A DNA stretch of 32,556 bases. It comes from a virus. Taxonomy: Duplodnaviria; Caudoviricetes. This document shows positions 1 to 8,722 of this stretch, in pieces. The translations under genes were made by a program, and so were the position numbers. How positions within the stretch are numbered: position 1 is the stretch's first letter; every line of letters begins with the position of its first letter. The notes beneath the pieces are model-generated. The model was not told the DNA's origin. It did not search any database and saw only the letters and a list, made by a program, of their open reading frames with translations. The stretch lies in IMG/VR virus record IMGVR_UViG_3300009026_000035, positions 1 to 32,556 of that record. One strand, 5' to 3'.

Positions 1-318
1 AGCTCTCTTACAGCTACGGGTACTGCTGGTGCCTCTTCTGTTACCCTAACTATCTCAGATGGGACAACCCTTAAAGCTGGTGACTACATACAACTGGGAA
101 CAGCTAGTACATCTAAGCTACATAAAGTCCTAGCAGATGTATCAGCTACGGGATCGGTGGATATATGGCCTAACCTCAAAGATACTTACTCTGGTTCTGC
201 TGTAACTGTAGACAACGCTAAGGGTGTCTTTAGGTTAACAAGTAATGTGCAAGATTGGCAGATAGGTAACTCCAGTACCTATGGTATCTCCTTTGAGGCT
301 GTAGAGGTGATAACATAA
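1..318 (+). CDS. Distal tail protein-like, 5'-truncated
   Basis: Frame 1 is open from base 1 to TAA at 316-318 (...LKAGDYIQLG...VDIWPNLK...KGVFRL...YGISFEAVEVIT). The stop overlaps the next ATG, and the gene lies just upstream of the tail-tip genes. Confidence 0.65.
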   Translation, partial: SSLTATGTAGASSVTLTISDGTTLKAGDYIQLGTASTSKLHKVLADVSATGSVDIWPNLKDTYSGSAVTVDNAKGVFRLTSNVQDWQIGNSSTYGISFEAVEVIT

Positions 319-875
319 TGACTAGGACTATTCCCTCGGTAGTACTTAATGCCCTAGACGATGATGTAATCTCCCCCTTCTTTGCTGTAGAACTCTTGTT
401 TGACAGTCCTGACGAGATTAGGTTGTGGACAGGGGTTGGAGACCTTTCCTACGGAGGGCATACTTGGACAGGTTCAGGTAACTTACTAAACATATCTGAG
501 GTACAAGAGGCATCTGATTTATCTGTTAGAGGTGCAACTATTACTCTTAGTGGTATGACCTCTGAGGTAGTTGCACTAGCCATTACACAGCCATATCAAG
601 GCAGAGTGTGTAACATATATTTTGGTATTACCTCAGACACTACAGCCCTAACCCAAGTGTTCTCTGGCTATATGGATCAGATGAACATACAGGAATCCCC
701 TGAAACAGCTACTATAGAACTAACTGTAGAGAACAAACTAATAGACCTAGAGAGGCCAAGGCTTGCTAGGTATACTTCTGCTTATCAGAAGTCAGTATAT
801 CCCGGAGACCTTGGATTAGACTTTATCGAAGACCTACAAGATAAAGAAATTGTTTGGGGCAGAACTGCTAGTTAG
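318..875 (+). CDS. Minor tail / tail hub protein (gpL/DUF2163-like)
   Basis: RLWTG..G..W.G.G, F.GYMD.M and DLG..F...LQDK...WG motifs; sits between the Dit-like and gpJ-like genes. Confidence 0.7.
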   Translation: MTRTIPSVVLNALDDDVISPFFAVELLFDSPDEIRLWTGVGDLSYGGHTWTGSGNLLNISEVQEASDLSVRGATITLSGMTSEVVALAITQPYQGRVCNIYFGITSDTTALTQVFSGYMDQMNIQESPETATIELTVENKLIDLERPRLARYTSAYQKSVYPGDLGLDFIEDLQDKEIVWGRTAS

Positions 876-886
876 GAATAATACGA

Positions 887-3745
887 ATGGGTCTTAGTTT
901 TAAAGGCATCTTCAGGGCTATTGTTGTTGCAGCTATTACTGCTGCTATTATGGTAGCTACTGGTGGAGCGGCGGCGTTCTTACCTACATTCCTAGTACAC
1001 GCTGGTTTAGGCATAGCCATGAGTGCCTTGGCACCTAAGCCTAAAGACCTTGGTGGTTTTGGTGCAGGTAATGGTAAGTCTAACAGAGGTTATAATGTAA
1101 CACAGACAGGTTCAGCCTTAGACCACCAAGTCATTTACGGTAAGATGAAGACCGCTGGTGTTAGAATATTTGATGGTACTACAGGTACAGACAACGTACA
1201 ACTACATAGAGTATTAGCCTTTGCTGGACATGAGATAGAGTCTTTTGAAGAGATATACATTAACGATGAAGTGGCAACTATAAACAGTAGTGGTAATGTT
1301 ACCTCTCCTAGTCGTTATAGTGGGCTAGTCACAATCAAGGAACACTTAGGTACATCTACTCAAGCTGCCGATAGTAGTTTAGTTAGTGCTGTGTCTGGTT
1401 GGACAGGGAACCATAGACTTCGTGGTATTGCTTACCTGTATGTTAAGTTGACTTATGATACAGATGCCTTCCCTAATGGTGTACCTGAGATTACCGCTGT
1501 TATTAAAGGTAAGAAGGTATACGACCCTAGAACCTCAACTACCGCTTGGTCTGATAACCCTGCTCTATGTGTAAGAGACTATCTGACAGCTACAGGATAC
1601 GGATTAGGTGAAGCTGTTGCTAACATAAATGATACTGCCTTTACCACTGCTGCTAACATATGTGACCAGACTAACACAGACGCTGGTACAACACGATACA
1701 CAGCTAATGGTGCCTTCACCACAGGAACTACACCACAAGACCTCTTAGAAGGGCTTATAACGTCTATGGGGGCTACTCTGTGGTACACTCAAGGTGCATG
1801 GAACGTAAAGGCTGCTAAGTGGACTGCCCCTGTATTAGACCTTAATGAAGACGATCTTAGGTCAGGAATAAGCCTAGCAACTAGACACTCTCGTAGAGAC
1901 AACTTCAACACAGTTAATGGTACGTTTAGGGGTGACGAAAGTAATTGGCAAGTAACAGACTTCCCACCTGTAACTAACGCTGCCTTTGTTACTGCTGATG
2001 GTGGGCTAGAGTCTACCTTAGACATGGACTTACCGTTCACAGACAACTCAATAGAATCTCGTCGTATAGCTAGGATCATGCTTGAGCGTAATAGACAACA
2101 GCTACAGTTTCAAGCATCCTTTGGTCTTAGGGCTTTTCAAGTACAGACAGGTGACAATGTAAGGATCACTAACACCAGACTTGGTTGGACTAACAAAGAG
2201 TTTGAGGTTGTATCTTGGACATTTGGGTTACAGAATGAATACGACCTCCAAGTAGAAATGACCCTAAAGGAAATATCTGAAAGTGTCTTTGATGAAGTCA
2301 ACGATGGTATAGTCTACGAAAGAGATAATACTACTCTGTTGTCCCCCTTTACAGTGCCTAGTTTAGCTATGACTGTTGGGTCAGAATTAAGAAGAGTTAA
2401 AGGTAAGACCCTTGGGGTTTTGACTGTTGACCTCGTAAACAATAGTAACATCATGGACACAGCAGAGGTTCAATACAGAAAAGTAGGAGATACAAACTAC
2501 ACCTCTATCGCAATAGTAGGGGCTTTTGTAGGGACAGAACGTGTAGAGGTTGTAGGCATAGAAGATGGTAGGTACGACATAAGGTCGAGACCTACTAACT
2601 CTTTAGGTGTTCACGGTGCATATACTACACTGTCTAATCAGCTTATAGAACCTTTAGGCTCACCACCAGCAGATGTGACTAATTTTACAGGGAACCTTGT
2701 AGGCTCTAATCTATACTTAACTTGGACACCTGTGTCTGATCTAGACTTAGCGCACTATATCATCCGATATTCACAATCCACTCAGGATGCTTTATACGGA
2801 AACTCTATCTTAATAGCAGAAGTACCTGCCAGTAGTAGTAGCCTAATTGTTTCGGATGCTGGTACGGGAACCTACTTCATTAAAGCTGTAGACGATACCA
2901 CTAGCGGGTCTAACACATCTGTTAACGCTTCTCAGTTTATTACTACCAGCCAAACTATAGAAGAGTTTAATGCTGTCGCCACTTTAACAGAAAGCCCTAC
3001 TTTTGCAGGGGTTAAAGTTAATACCTCTAAAGTCGAGACACAACTTAGGTTAAGTACAACACCTTTACTAGACTCGGTGTCTGGATTATGGGATGACAGA
3101 ACAGGCAGTCTTGATGACTTTACAGGCTTTGAGTTACAAGGGTTCTACTACTTCTCTAATACTTTGGACTTAGGCAGTCAGTTTACAAGCAGGGTAAACT
3201 ACGGCTTTATAAGTACTAGGTGGGACTATACTCAAACCTTTGACCTACAAACAGGTAACTTTGATGATAGGGGTGGCAACTTTGACGGATCTGGTGAGAC
3301 CTTTGATGACGTAACTGTTGTTGTAGAGCTAAGACACACTAAGGATGATCCCGCAGGAACTCCCACTTGGTCAGACTGGCAAAGTTTTTCTGTGACTGAC
3401 ATAACTGCCAGAGCGTTTGAGTTTAGGGCTGTACTAGAAAGCACTAATTTAAATGCTACTCCTTCTGTAAGTGACCTATCTATTAGTGTAGATATGCCTG
3501 ACAGGGTTGTTGCTGGTAACGACATAACATTTACTGGGACTACTAACGTAAGTTTTGGTAAAGCCTATGCTATAGTACCAGCTATAGGTATCTCCTTAGC
3601 TAACCTGACAGACGGTGATAGATACACTATAACAAACAAAACAAAGTCAGGTTTTACTATGAACATTTTCACAGGTAACTCAGTGAGTACAAACCCTGTG
3701 ACACTAGACTATGTAGCTAAGGGCTACGGAAAGGAACTTCTATAA
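887..3745 (+). CDS. Tail tip / central fibre protein (lambda gpJ-like, host specificity)
   Basis: 952 aa with IYG, LRGIAYLYV, GKKVYDPR, WSDNPALC.RDYL motifs and FnIII-like segments (LTWTPVSD..YFIKAVD). Confidence 0.85.
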   Translation: MGLSFKGIFRAIVVAAITAAIMVATGGAAAFLPTFLVHAGLGIAMSALAPKPKDLGGFGAGNGKSNRGYNVTQTGSALDHQVIYGKMKTAGVRIFDGTTGTDNVQLHRVLAFAGHEIESFEEIYINDEVATINSSGNVTSPSRYSGLVTIKEHLGTSTQAADSSLVSAVSGWTGNHRLRGIAYLYVKLTYDTDAFPNGVPEITAVIKGKKVYDPRTSTTAWSDNPALCVRDYLTATGYGLGEAVANINDTAFTTAANICDQTNTDAGTTRYTANGAFTTGTTPQDLLEGLITSMGATLWYTQGAWNVKAAKWTAPVLDLNEDDLRSGISLATRHSRRDNFNTVNGTFRGDESNWQVTDFPPVTNAAFVTADGGLESTLDMDLPFTDNSIESRRIARIMLERNRQQLQFQASFGLRAFQVQTGDNVRITNTRLGWTNKEFEVVSWTFGLQNEYDLQVEMTLKEISESVFDEVNDGIVYERDNTTLLSPFTVPSLAMTVGSELRRVKGKTLGVLTVDLVNNSNIMDTAEVQYRKVGDTNYTSIAIVGAFVGTERVEVVGIEDGRYDIRSRPTNSLGVHGAYTTLSNQLIEPLGSPPADVTNFTGNLVGSNLYLTWTPVSDLDLAHYIIRYSQSTQDALYGNSILIAEVPASSSSLIVSDAGTGTYFIKAVDDTTSGSNTSVNASQFITTSQTIEEFNAVATLTESPTFAGVKVNTSKVETQLRLSTTPLLDSVSGLWDDRTGSLDDFTGFELQGFYYFSNTLDLGSQFTSRVNYGFISTRWDYTQTFDLQTGNFDDRGGNFDGSGETFDDVTVVVELRHTKDDPAGTPTWSDWQSFSVTDITARAFEFRAVLESTNLNATPSVSDLSISVDMPDRVVAGNDITFTGTTNVSFGKAYAIVPAIGISLANLTDGDRYTITNKTKSGFTMNIFTGNSVSTNPVTLDYVAKGYGKELL

Positions 3746-4599
3746 TGTCGCAGCACGACTTTAACATTCTTAATCAAACCTTCCCCGACACTAGGGCAGA
3801 CTTGAATCTGGCACTTGCAGCACTAGCAACTAACTCGTCTGGTGCCGACGAACCCTCTACTACCTATGCTAATCAGTGGTGGTATGAGGTTGACACTAAC
3901 AAGCTTAAAATCCGTAATGAGGATAATAACGCTTGGATAGAAATAGCCACCCTAGACCAGACTGCCGATAATGTGTTATCTATTAACCCTCAGTCTATTA
4001 ACACTCAGTCTATTACCACGGCGGGGTTGACTCTAGGTGCAACAGCATTGACTGCAACTGGTGTTGAAATTAATGCCCTAAAAGTGCAAGGTAAAGAAAC
4101 CATCTATGTACCAGCTTCTGCTATGTACCCTAATACTACCAACGGCTCCTCTAAATCAGAACAAGTAGAGCTTGCAAATGGACCAGAACTTAATGTACTT
4201 GACTTTGATCCTAGTACCGAAGAGTTTGCACAGTTTAGTGTTGTCTTCCCTAAAAGTTGGAATGAAGGGACTGTAACCTTTCAAGCATTTTTTACTGTTA
4301 ACGGTACTGATACAGGTACGGTTGGTTGGGGCCTATCTGGGGTAAGCATTGCAGATGATGCAAGCACAGATACCGCTTTTGGCACTAATGTTTTAGCTAC
4401 AGCTAAGGCGCACAGTGGGGTTGCTAACGATCTGGACGTAACAGTAGAAAGTGGGGCTGTAACCGTAGCTAGTGCTGCCGAAGACTGTTACACCTTTTTT
4501 CAGATCATGAGAGATGCCACTAACGACACTCAAACAGCAGATGCTAGACTGATGGGTATAAAACTGTTCTTCACAACAAACGCAAAGAATGACGCATAA
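3745..4599 (+). CDS. Tail fibre / receptor-binding adaptor protein
   Basis: N-terminal MSQHDF..NQTFP..RADLN.AL..N.S...P....QWWY...LKIRN anchor motif followed by a beta-rich C-terminal domain; translationally coupled to gpJ. Confidence 0.7.
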   Translation: MSQHDFNILNQTFPDTRADLNLALAALATNSSGADEPSTTYANQWWYEVDTNKLKIRNEDNNAWIEIATLDQTADNVLSINPQSINTQSITTAGLTLGATALTATGVEINALKVQGKETIYVPASAMYPNTTNGSSKSEQVELANGPELNVLDFDPSTEEFAQFSVVFPKSWNEGTVTFQAFFTVNGTDTGTVGWGLSGVSIADDASTDTAFGTNVLATAKAHSGVANDLDVTVESGAVTVASAAEDCYTFFQIMRDATNDTQTADARLMGIKLFFTTNAKNDA

Positions 4600-5327
4600 T
4601 GACTGGTTTTGGCTATAACATAAACGGGTTTGGCGTAAGTGGTGAGTCAGGACCACCCTTTGCGGCGCAAGTTTTCACGTCCAGCGGTACTTATACGCCA
4701 ACAGTAGGCGTCAGTTCCGCATTGTTTATGGTGTTTGGTGCTAGGGGCGGACAGCCATCATCCGGTAATGTAGCGAGCGGCGGTGGTGGAGGGGGATATG
4801 CTGAAAAGTATGTATCATCTCTATCTAGTAGTTACGGCGTAACCTTAAACTCTGCGAGCACCTCTAGTGCTGGTGGCGCAGGTGTTGCTAGTAGCGGCAA
4901 CAACAACCAAGCTGCGGGCTATGGTTACGCAGGAGATTTTACTGCGTCGGGTGGTACAGGCGGCATAGGCTCAAATTACTACACCACTGCGGCTGGCGGT
5001 GGCGGTGGCGGTGGTGGTCGAACTGGTAACGGTACAGCGGGTCAAAACCATGTCGGCACGGGTGGCGGGGCGAACGGGTCAGTAGGCAATAGCGGGAATG
5101 AAGTGTCCGGCGTGTTTGATCTGTCCCCTTACGGGATCACCTTTGCATATACCAGAGGCGCAAGCGCCGTACCTGTTTTTACTTCTACAGGCCTACCATG
5201 GGAGGACACGCTTGTCCATCGCTGCAACACGGCTGCCGGCAATAGTGGCACAAACGCAGGTATACGGGGATGGGTAGGTGTCCCTTCTGGATATGCAGGA
5301 ACTGTGTTAATACTTGAGTTTTTCTAG
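4599..5327 (+). CDS. Glycine-rich tail fibre/spike protein
   Basis: VFTSSGTYTP..G....GA.GG and GGGGGGY motifs, poly-Gly runs, and a C-terminal G.V.ILE, as in phage Gly-rich domains. Confidence 0.7.
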   Translation: MTGFGYNINGFGVSGESGPPFAAQVFTSSGTYTPTVGVSSALFMVFGARGGQPSSGNVASGGGGGGYAEKYVSSLSSSYGVTLNSASTSSAGGAGVASSGNNNQAAGYGYAGDFTASGGTGGIGSNYYTTAAGGGGGGGGRTGNGTAGQNHVGTGGGANGSVGNSGNEVSGVFDLSPYGITFAYTRGASAVPVFTSTGLPWEDTLVHRCNTAAGNSGTNAGIRGWVGVPSGYAGTVLILEFF

Positions 5328-5337
5328 GAGATAGCTA

Positions 5338-5538
5338 ATGCAAGCAATAGTCAACAAGGTTGATAGCACAGTAACTAAGTTTTTAGACGATGGCGAAAAT
5401 TTAACAGATGATCAGGCAGCGCATTATTTTTTAGTGCCGAATGTTGAGCCTGTCGCATTACCATCAAGTATTTCTGACAGCGCAGAAAATGCAGTTTGCA
5501 AATGGGAAAACAGTCAGTTGGAATGGTCCCCTCTTTGA
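5338..5538 (+). CDS. Small protein, possible tail fibre assembly chaperone
   Basis: AGGAG RBS; directly follows the fibre gene; acidic 66 aa with C-terminal Trp residues. Confidence 0.45.
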   Translation: MQAIVNKVDSTVTKFLDDGENLTDDQAAHYFLVPNVEPVALPSSISDSAENAVCKWENSQLEWSPL

Positions 5539-5572
5539 GACAGACTTAAGAAAAATAAGTGACTAAAAACAA

Positions 5573-5965
5573 ATGGAGCAACCAATGGGTTTTAAACTAG
5601 GACTACGAAGTAAACAGAACTTGTCTGGGGTGCATCCCGACATGGTTGCTGTTGTTACAAGAGCATTAGAGATTAGTGAAAAAGACTTTAGTGTAACTGA
5701 GGGTGTTCGTAACATTGAACGTCAGCGTATGCTTAAGAGGACAGGCAAGTCAACTACACTCAAGTCTCGTCACCTGACGGGTCATGCAGTAGATGTTGTC
5801 CCTTACCCTGTGTCGTGGGAGTGGGATGAGTTTTATCCTATCGGTGATGCAATGAAAGCTGCTGCAAAGGAACTAGACATTAAGATCGTCTGGGGTGGTG
5901 ATTGGAAGAAGTTCCCTGATGGGCCACACTTTCAGCTAGACTGGAAAGCCTATCCCCTTGACTAG
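5573..5965 (+). CDS. Endolysin, peptidase M15 (L-Ala-D-Glu peptidase-like)
   Basis: EG.R...RQ, SRHLTGHAVD, WGGDW..F.DGPHFQL motifs. The true start may be the second Met (MGFKLG). Confidence 0.9.
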   Translation: MEQPMGFKLGLRSKQNLSGVHPDMVAVVTRALEISEKDFSVTEGVRNIERQRMLKRTGKSTTLKSRHLTGHAVDVVPYPVSWEWDEFYPIGDAMKAAAKELDIKIVWGGDWKKFPDGPHFQLDWKAYPLD

Positions 5966-6239
5966 GGGGGAAGAAGACTGCTTCGTAATGGGTAAAAATA
6001 TATCGGCAACACTACTGTTTGCCTTGGTGCTTCAAGCGGCAATGATAGTTTGGAGTATCTCTCAAATGAGGGCAGACGTAGATGCTAACTACGCCTCTAT
6101 AGTTAGAATAAGTGGTGATGTAAAAGCTGTCGAAGCATCGTCTAATATGCAAGCCGTGCAACTAGGCAAGATTGAGGAAAATATAAAGGGAATTAAAGAA
6201 TCCCTTGAAAGGATGCTAGAGGTAATGGAGAAGGACTAA
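5958..6239 (+). CDS. Membrane-anchored coiled-coil protein (lysis accessory?)
   Basis: One hydrophobic helix followed by a heptad-like C-terminus; lies in the lysis cassette; start may be ATG at 5988. Confidence 0.5.
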   Translation: MTRGEEDCFVMGKNISATLLFALVLQAAMIVWSISQMRADVDANYASIVRISGDVKAVEASSNMQAVQLGKIEENIKGIKESLERMLEVMEKD

Positions 6240-6246
6240 GAAGGGT

Positions 6247-6723
6247 ATGATTGATCCAGTCACCGCTTTTGCTGCGGCTACCACCGCATTCAAAGGTATT
6301 AAAATGTTAGTTGGTGCTGGTCGTGAAATGCAAGACATATCGACACAGCTCGGCTCTTGGTACAATGCTGTTGCAGATATTAACAAGGCTGAGTCCCAAC
6401 GTAAGAACCCTACTTGGTTAGACAAGAAGACCCACGGTAATGACAACATAGAACAAGAAGCTATGGATATTGTCATCCGTAAGAAGACCCTCATGGAGCG
6501 TGAGAAGGAAATAAAGTTCATGCTCAACATGAGGTTCGGCCCGTCTACTTATGACGACATGCTACAGATGCGTAGACAAATACGCAAAGAGAGAGAAGAA
6601 ACAGTTTACGCTGCTATGGAAGCTAAACGCCAGATACAGAACAACCTAGCTATAGGTGGACTGTCTCTTGGTATCCTCCTCATACTTGGTGGGGGAATCT
6701 GGTTAATAGCGGCTGCTATGTAA
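6247..6723 (+). CDS. Conserved phage hypothetical protein with C-terminal TM helix
   Basis: MIDPVTA.AAA..AF..IK N-terminus, helical body, hydrophobic C-terminus. Confidence 0.6.
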   Translation: MIDPVTAFAAATTAFKGIKMLVGAGREMQDISTQLGSWYNAVADINKAESQRKNPTWLDKKTHGNDNIEQEAMDIVIRKKTLMEREKEIKFMLNMRFGPSTYDDMLQMRRQIRKEREETVYAAMEAKRQIQNNLAIGGLSLGILLILGGGIWLIAAAM

Positions 6724-6734
6724 AGGAGGTTTAT

Positions 6735-6941
6735 ATGAGCGTTACTATGGAAAGATTCTTACACTGGAAAATACTGCCACGCATTATGATGCTGGTTATG
6801 ACATTTATGTATATAGAAGTTCTGTACTGGTTTATGGACTTAACCCCTGAGACCATGACCTCACAAGCTGCTGCTCTAACAGCTACTGTGACTGGTGCTA
6901 TGACTGGCGCTTTTGCTGTATGGTTAGGACATGAAAAATGA
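6735..6941 (+). CDS. Two-TM membrane protein, holin-like
   Basis: AGGAGG RBS; two hydrophobic helices; lysis cassette context. Confidence 0.55.
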   Translation: MSVTMERFLHWKILPRIMMLVMTFMYIEVLYWFMDLTPETMTSQAAALTATVTGAMTGAFAVWLGHEK

Positions 6942-7291
6942 TAGGTTCTATTATTAGTAGTCTAACAGGACTAGCCACAAGCGTTATAGATGGCAAGACA
7001 CAGATCAAGTTAACCGAAGCTGAGATTAAAAAGAAGCAGCTTACTGGTGAGATTGACTGGGACATAGAAGCTATGAGGGGTACTCAGAACTCATGGAAAG
7101 ATGAGTGGATTACCCTACTGTTCAGTATCCCACTAATACTTGCCTTCTGTGGAGATTGGGGCAACGATATTGTAGCCCGTGGCTTTGCTGCACTTGAGGT
7201 TATGCCTCAGTGGTATCAGATTGCCTTGGGGGGTATCGTTAGTGCCAGTATAGGCATGAGGTCTGTGAGTAAGTTCTTTGGCAAGAAGTAG
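6938..7291 (+). CDS. Putative holin (3TM type)
   Basis: SWKDEW, P.WYQ and G.R..K motifs, hydrophobic helices, basic C-terminus. Confidence 0.6.
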   Translation: MIGSIISSLTGLATSVIDGKTQIKLTEAEIKKKQLTGEIDWDIEAMRGTQNSWKDEWITLLFSIPLILAFCGDWGNDIVARGFAALEVMPQWYQIALGGIVSASIGMRSVSKFFGKK

Positions 7292-7293
7292 CC

Positions 7294-7485
7294 ATGTATG
7301 TATTTTTACTGCTACTATATATAGGTACAGGAGAGAGTAGAGAGTTAGTAGATGCCACCCTAACCTTTACTCTATTAGCTGATTGTAACCGTCATGCTGC
7401 TGCACTTGTCCAAAGGTATAGCACTCACGGTATAACTCCTCAAGATAGGGCAGTCGCCTACTGTGTACCAAAGTTATACAAATAA
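7294..7485 (+). CDS. Small two-cysteine hypothetical protein
   Basis: Hydrophobic N-terminus, F....DC and AYCVP motifs; ends at the terminator. Confidence 0.55.
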   Translation: MYVFLLLLYIGTGESRELVDATLTFTLLADCNRHAAALVQRYSTHGITPQDRAVAYCVPKLYK

Positions 7486-7487
7486 GT

Positions 7488-7525
7488 AAGCCCCCGTTTC
7501 CCATGTAGGATTCGGGGGCTTTTTT
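7488..7525. terminator. Probable bidirectional intrinsic terminator between the converging arms
   Basis: AAGCCCCCG (7488-7496) pairs with CGGGGGCTT (7513-7521), followed by a T run; A-rich on the other side. Confidence 0.85.
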
Positions 7526-7680
7526 CATTTGTTGTGCTCTTCTTCTAAGTGCCTAAACAGAGCATACATAGGCACCTTCATCTTAAACTCTACTTCCTTC
7601 TCTAGCCTGTCCACCTTCCCTACTAGCCAAAGTATTAACAGGGTCTGGACAACAAGAACTATAGACATAACATCAGGCAT
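7525..7680 (-). CDS. Small membrane protein, 51 aa (not in ORF track)
   Basis: MPDVMSIVLVVQTLLILWLVGKVDRLEKEVEFKMKVPMYALFRHLEEEHNK; GGTGG upstream; overlaps the stop of the preceding gene. Confidence 0.6.
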   Translation of the reverse strand: MPDVMSIVLVVQTLLILWLVGKVDRLEKEVEFKMKVPMYALFRHLEEEHNK

Positions 7681-7927
7681 TATCCACCACCTTAATCAGC
7701 CTAGACCCGTACCACTCGGCTTTCTTTAGATCCTCTATACCATTCTTATAACGCCACCTATGTAAGTACTTGGCAATATTCCCACGTAGGTATCCGATGT
7801 ATTCCTCTTCGGTTAAAAAGTCCTCGATGTATTCAATACACTCGATGTTACCTGTACCGTAATGAGGTGGGTGATTAACCATATCGTCACAAGGGTTGAA
7901 CGCTGCAACCTCTTTCCACTTAGCCAT
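7673..7927 (-). CDS. DUF3310 / T7 gp1.7-like nucleotide kinase
   Basis: VNHPPHY, IECIEYI, GYLRGNIAKYL.R...KNG.EDLKKA.WY motifs. Confidence 0.85.
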   Translation of the reverse strand: MAKWKEVAAFNPCDDMVNHPPHYGTGNIECIEYIEDFLTEEEYIGYLRGNIAKYLHRWRYKNGIEDLKKAEWYGSRLIKVVDNA

Positions 7928-8051
7928 CTTTACTCCTTATAAGCCTAGCTTGCTCTTCTATCTGACGTTTCTGCTCCTCTAATTCAAGGAACTGTTTATC
8001 TGTATCAGATAACTTATAGTCTGGCTTAACAAATTTCAAGACCTCTGGCAT
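7920..8051 (-). CDS. Small coiled-coil protein, 43 aa (not in ORF track)
   Basis: MPEVLKFVKPDYKLSDTDKQFLELEEQKRQIEEQARLIRSKDG; overlaps both neighbours in a coupled arrangement. Confidence 0.6.
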   Translation of the reverse strand: MPEVLKFVKPDYKLSDTDKQFLELEEQKRQIEEQARLIRSKDG

Positions 8052-8272
8052 TACAAATCCCCCTTCTTACTTAAGGGAGAGGGGAACCCCACGCACTGAC
8101 TCACAAACTTATAGCTAGGGTCGGGCTTGGTCTCAAGTAAGTACAACATGTTAAGTTCCCTTACAGCCTGACACCTTTCTTCTGTCTTGTAGGTCGCATT
8201 AGGGGCTCTCACAGAGAAGTGAGGCTCCCCGTCTTTCATCATGCTTAAAACAACTATATAAACATATACCAT
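8051..8272 (-). CDS. Small two-cysteine hypothetical protein
   Basis: Hydrophobic N-terminus, Y.TEERC and SQCV motifs; AGGA RBS. Confidence 0.6.
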   Translation of the reverse strand: MVYVYIVVLSMMKDGEPHFSVRAPNATYKTEERCQAVRELNMLYLLETKPDPSYKFVSQCVGFPSPLSKKGDL

Positions 8273-8284
8273 ATCTTATCCTTT

Positions 8285-8722
8285 CTACAATCTTATTAAC
8301 TCCGCTTCTTTGTAAGGAATATGGTAGAACAATTCCCCCTTAGCAATATACCGACCTTTAGCAGTCCTTACAGCCTCTTCTGTCATCTGTTGCCCTCGGA
8401 TCATCCAACATTGGGTTAAGTGGATGTTAAAGACATAGAAGTTCACGTTACTGTTATACTTCTTAAGTAGTCTAGACTTACGGTGAGGTATCCTTATCTC
8501 TGTCCAATCGTCGGGCCACTCCTCCTTCCATGCCCTCTTGACTTCACCCTCTGAGTAGTATGTCACACCTTTCTTAACAGTTTCTACATCTGCGTAGTAG
8601 TTCTCCTTTACGTTAGACACTGTATGCCCCTGCTTCTCTAGGATTTCAATAAGCTTGACTTTTGCAGGGTTGTCAAACCTATCGTACAGACTTTGCTCAA
8701 ACCTCTTTCTGACTTCTACCAT
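8285..8722 (-). CDS. Hypothetical protein, possible PD-(D/E)XK nuclease fold
   Basis: AD...(E)GEVK spacing resembles the restriction-endonuclease-like catalytic motif. Confidence 0.5.
   Translation of the reverse strand: MVEVRKRFEQSLYDRFDNPAKVKLIEILEKQGHTVSNVKENYYADVETVKKGVTYYSEGEVKRAWKEEWPDDWTEIRIPHRKSRLLKKYNSNVNFYVFNIHLTQCWMIRGQQMTEEAVRTAKGRYIAKGELFYHIPYKEAELIRL

Noticed and set aside
1579-3525. Antisense ORFs in gpJ, and similar shadow ORFs in RNR, polA, helicase, terL and portal
   Set aside because: They overlap well-supported genes and show no motifs of their own; consistent with codon-bias shadows.
3979-4017. 15-bp tandem repeat (SINPQ SINTQ SIT) in the fibre gene
   Set aside because: An ordinary in-frame slippage duplication in a fibre linker.
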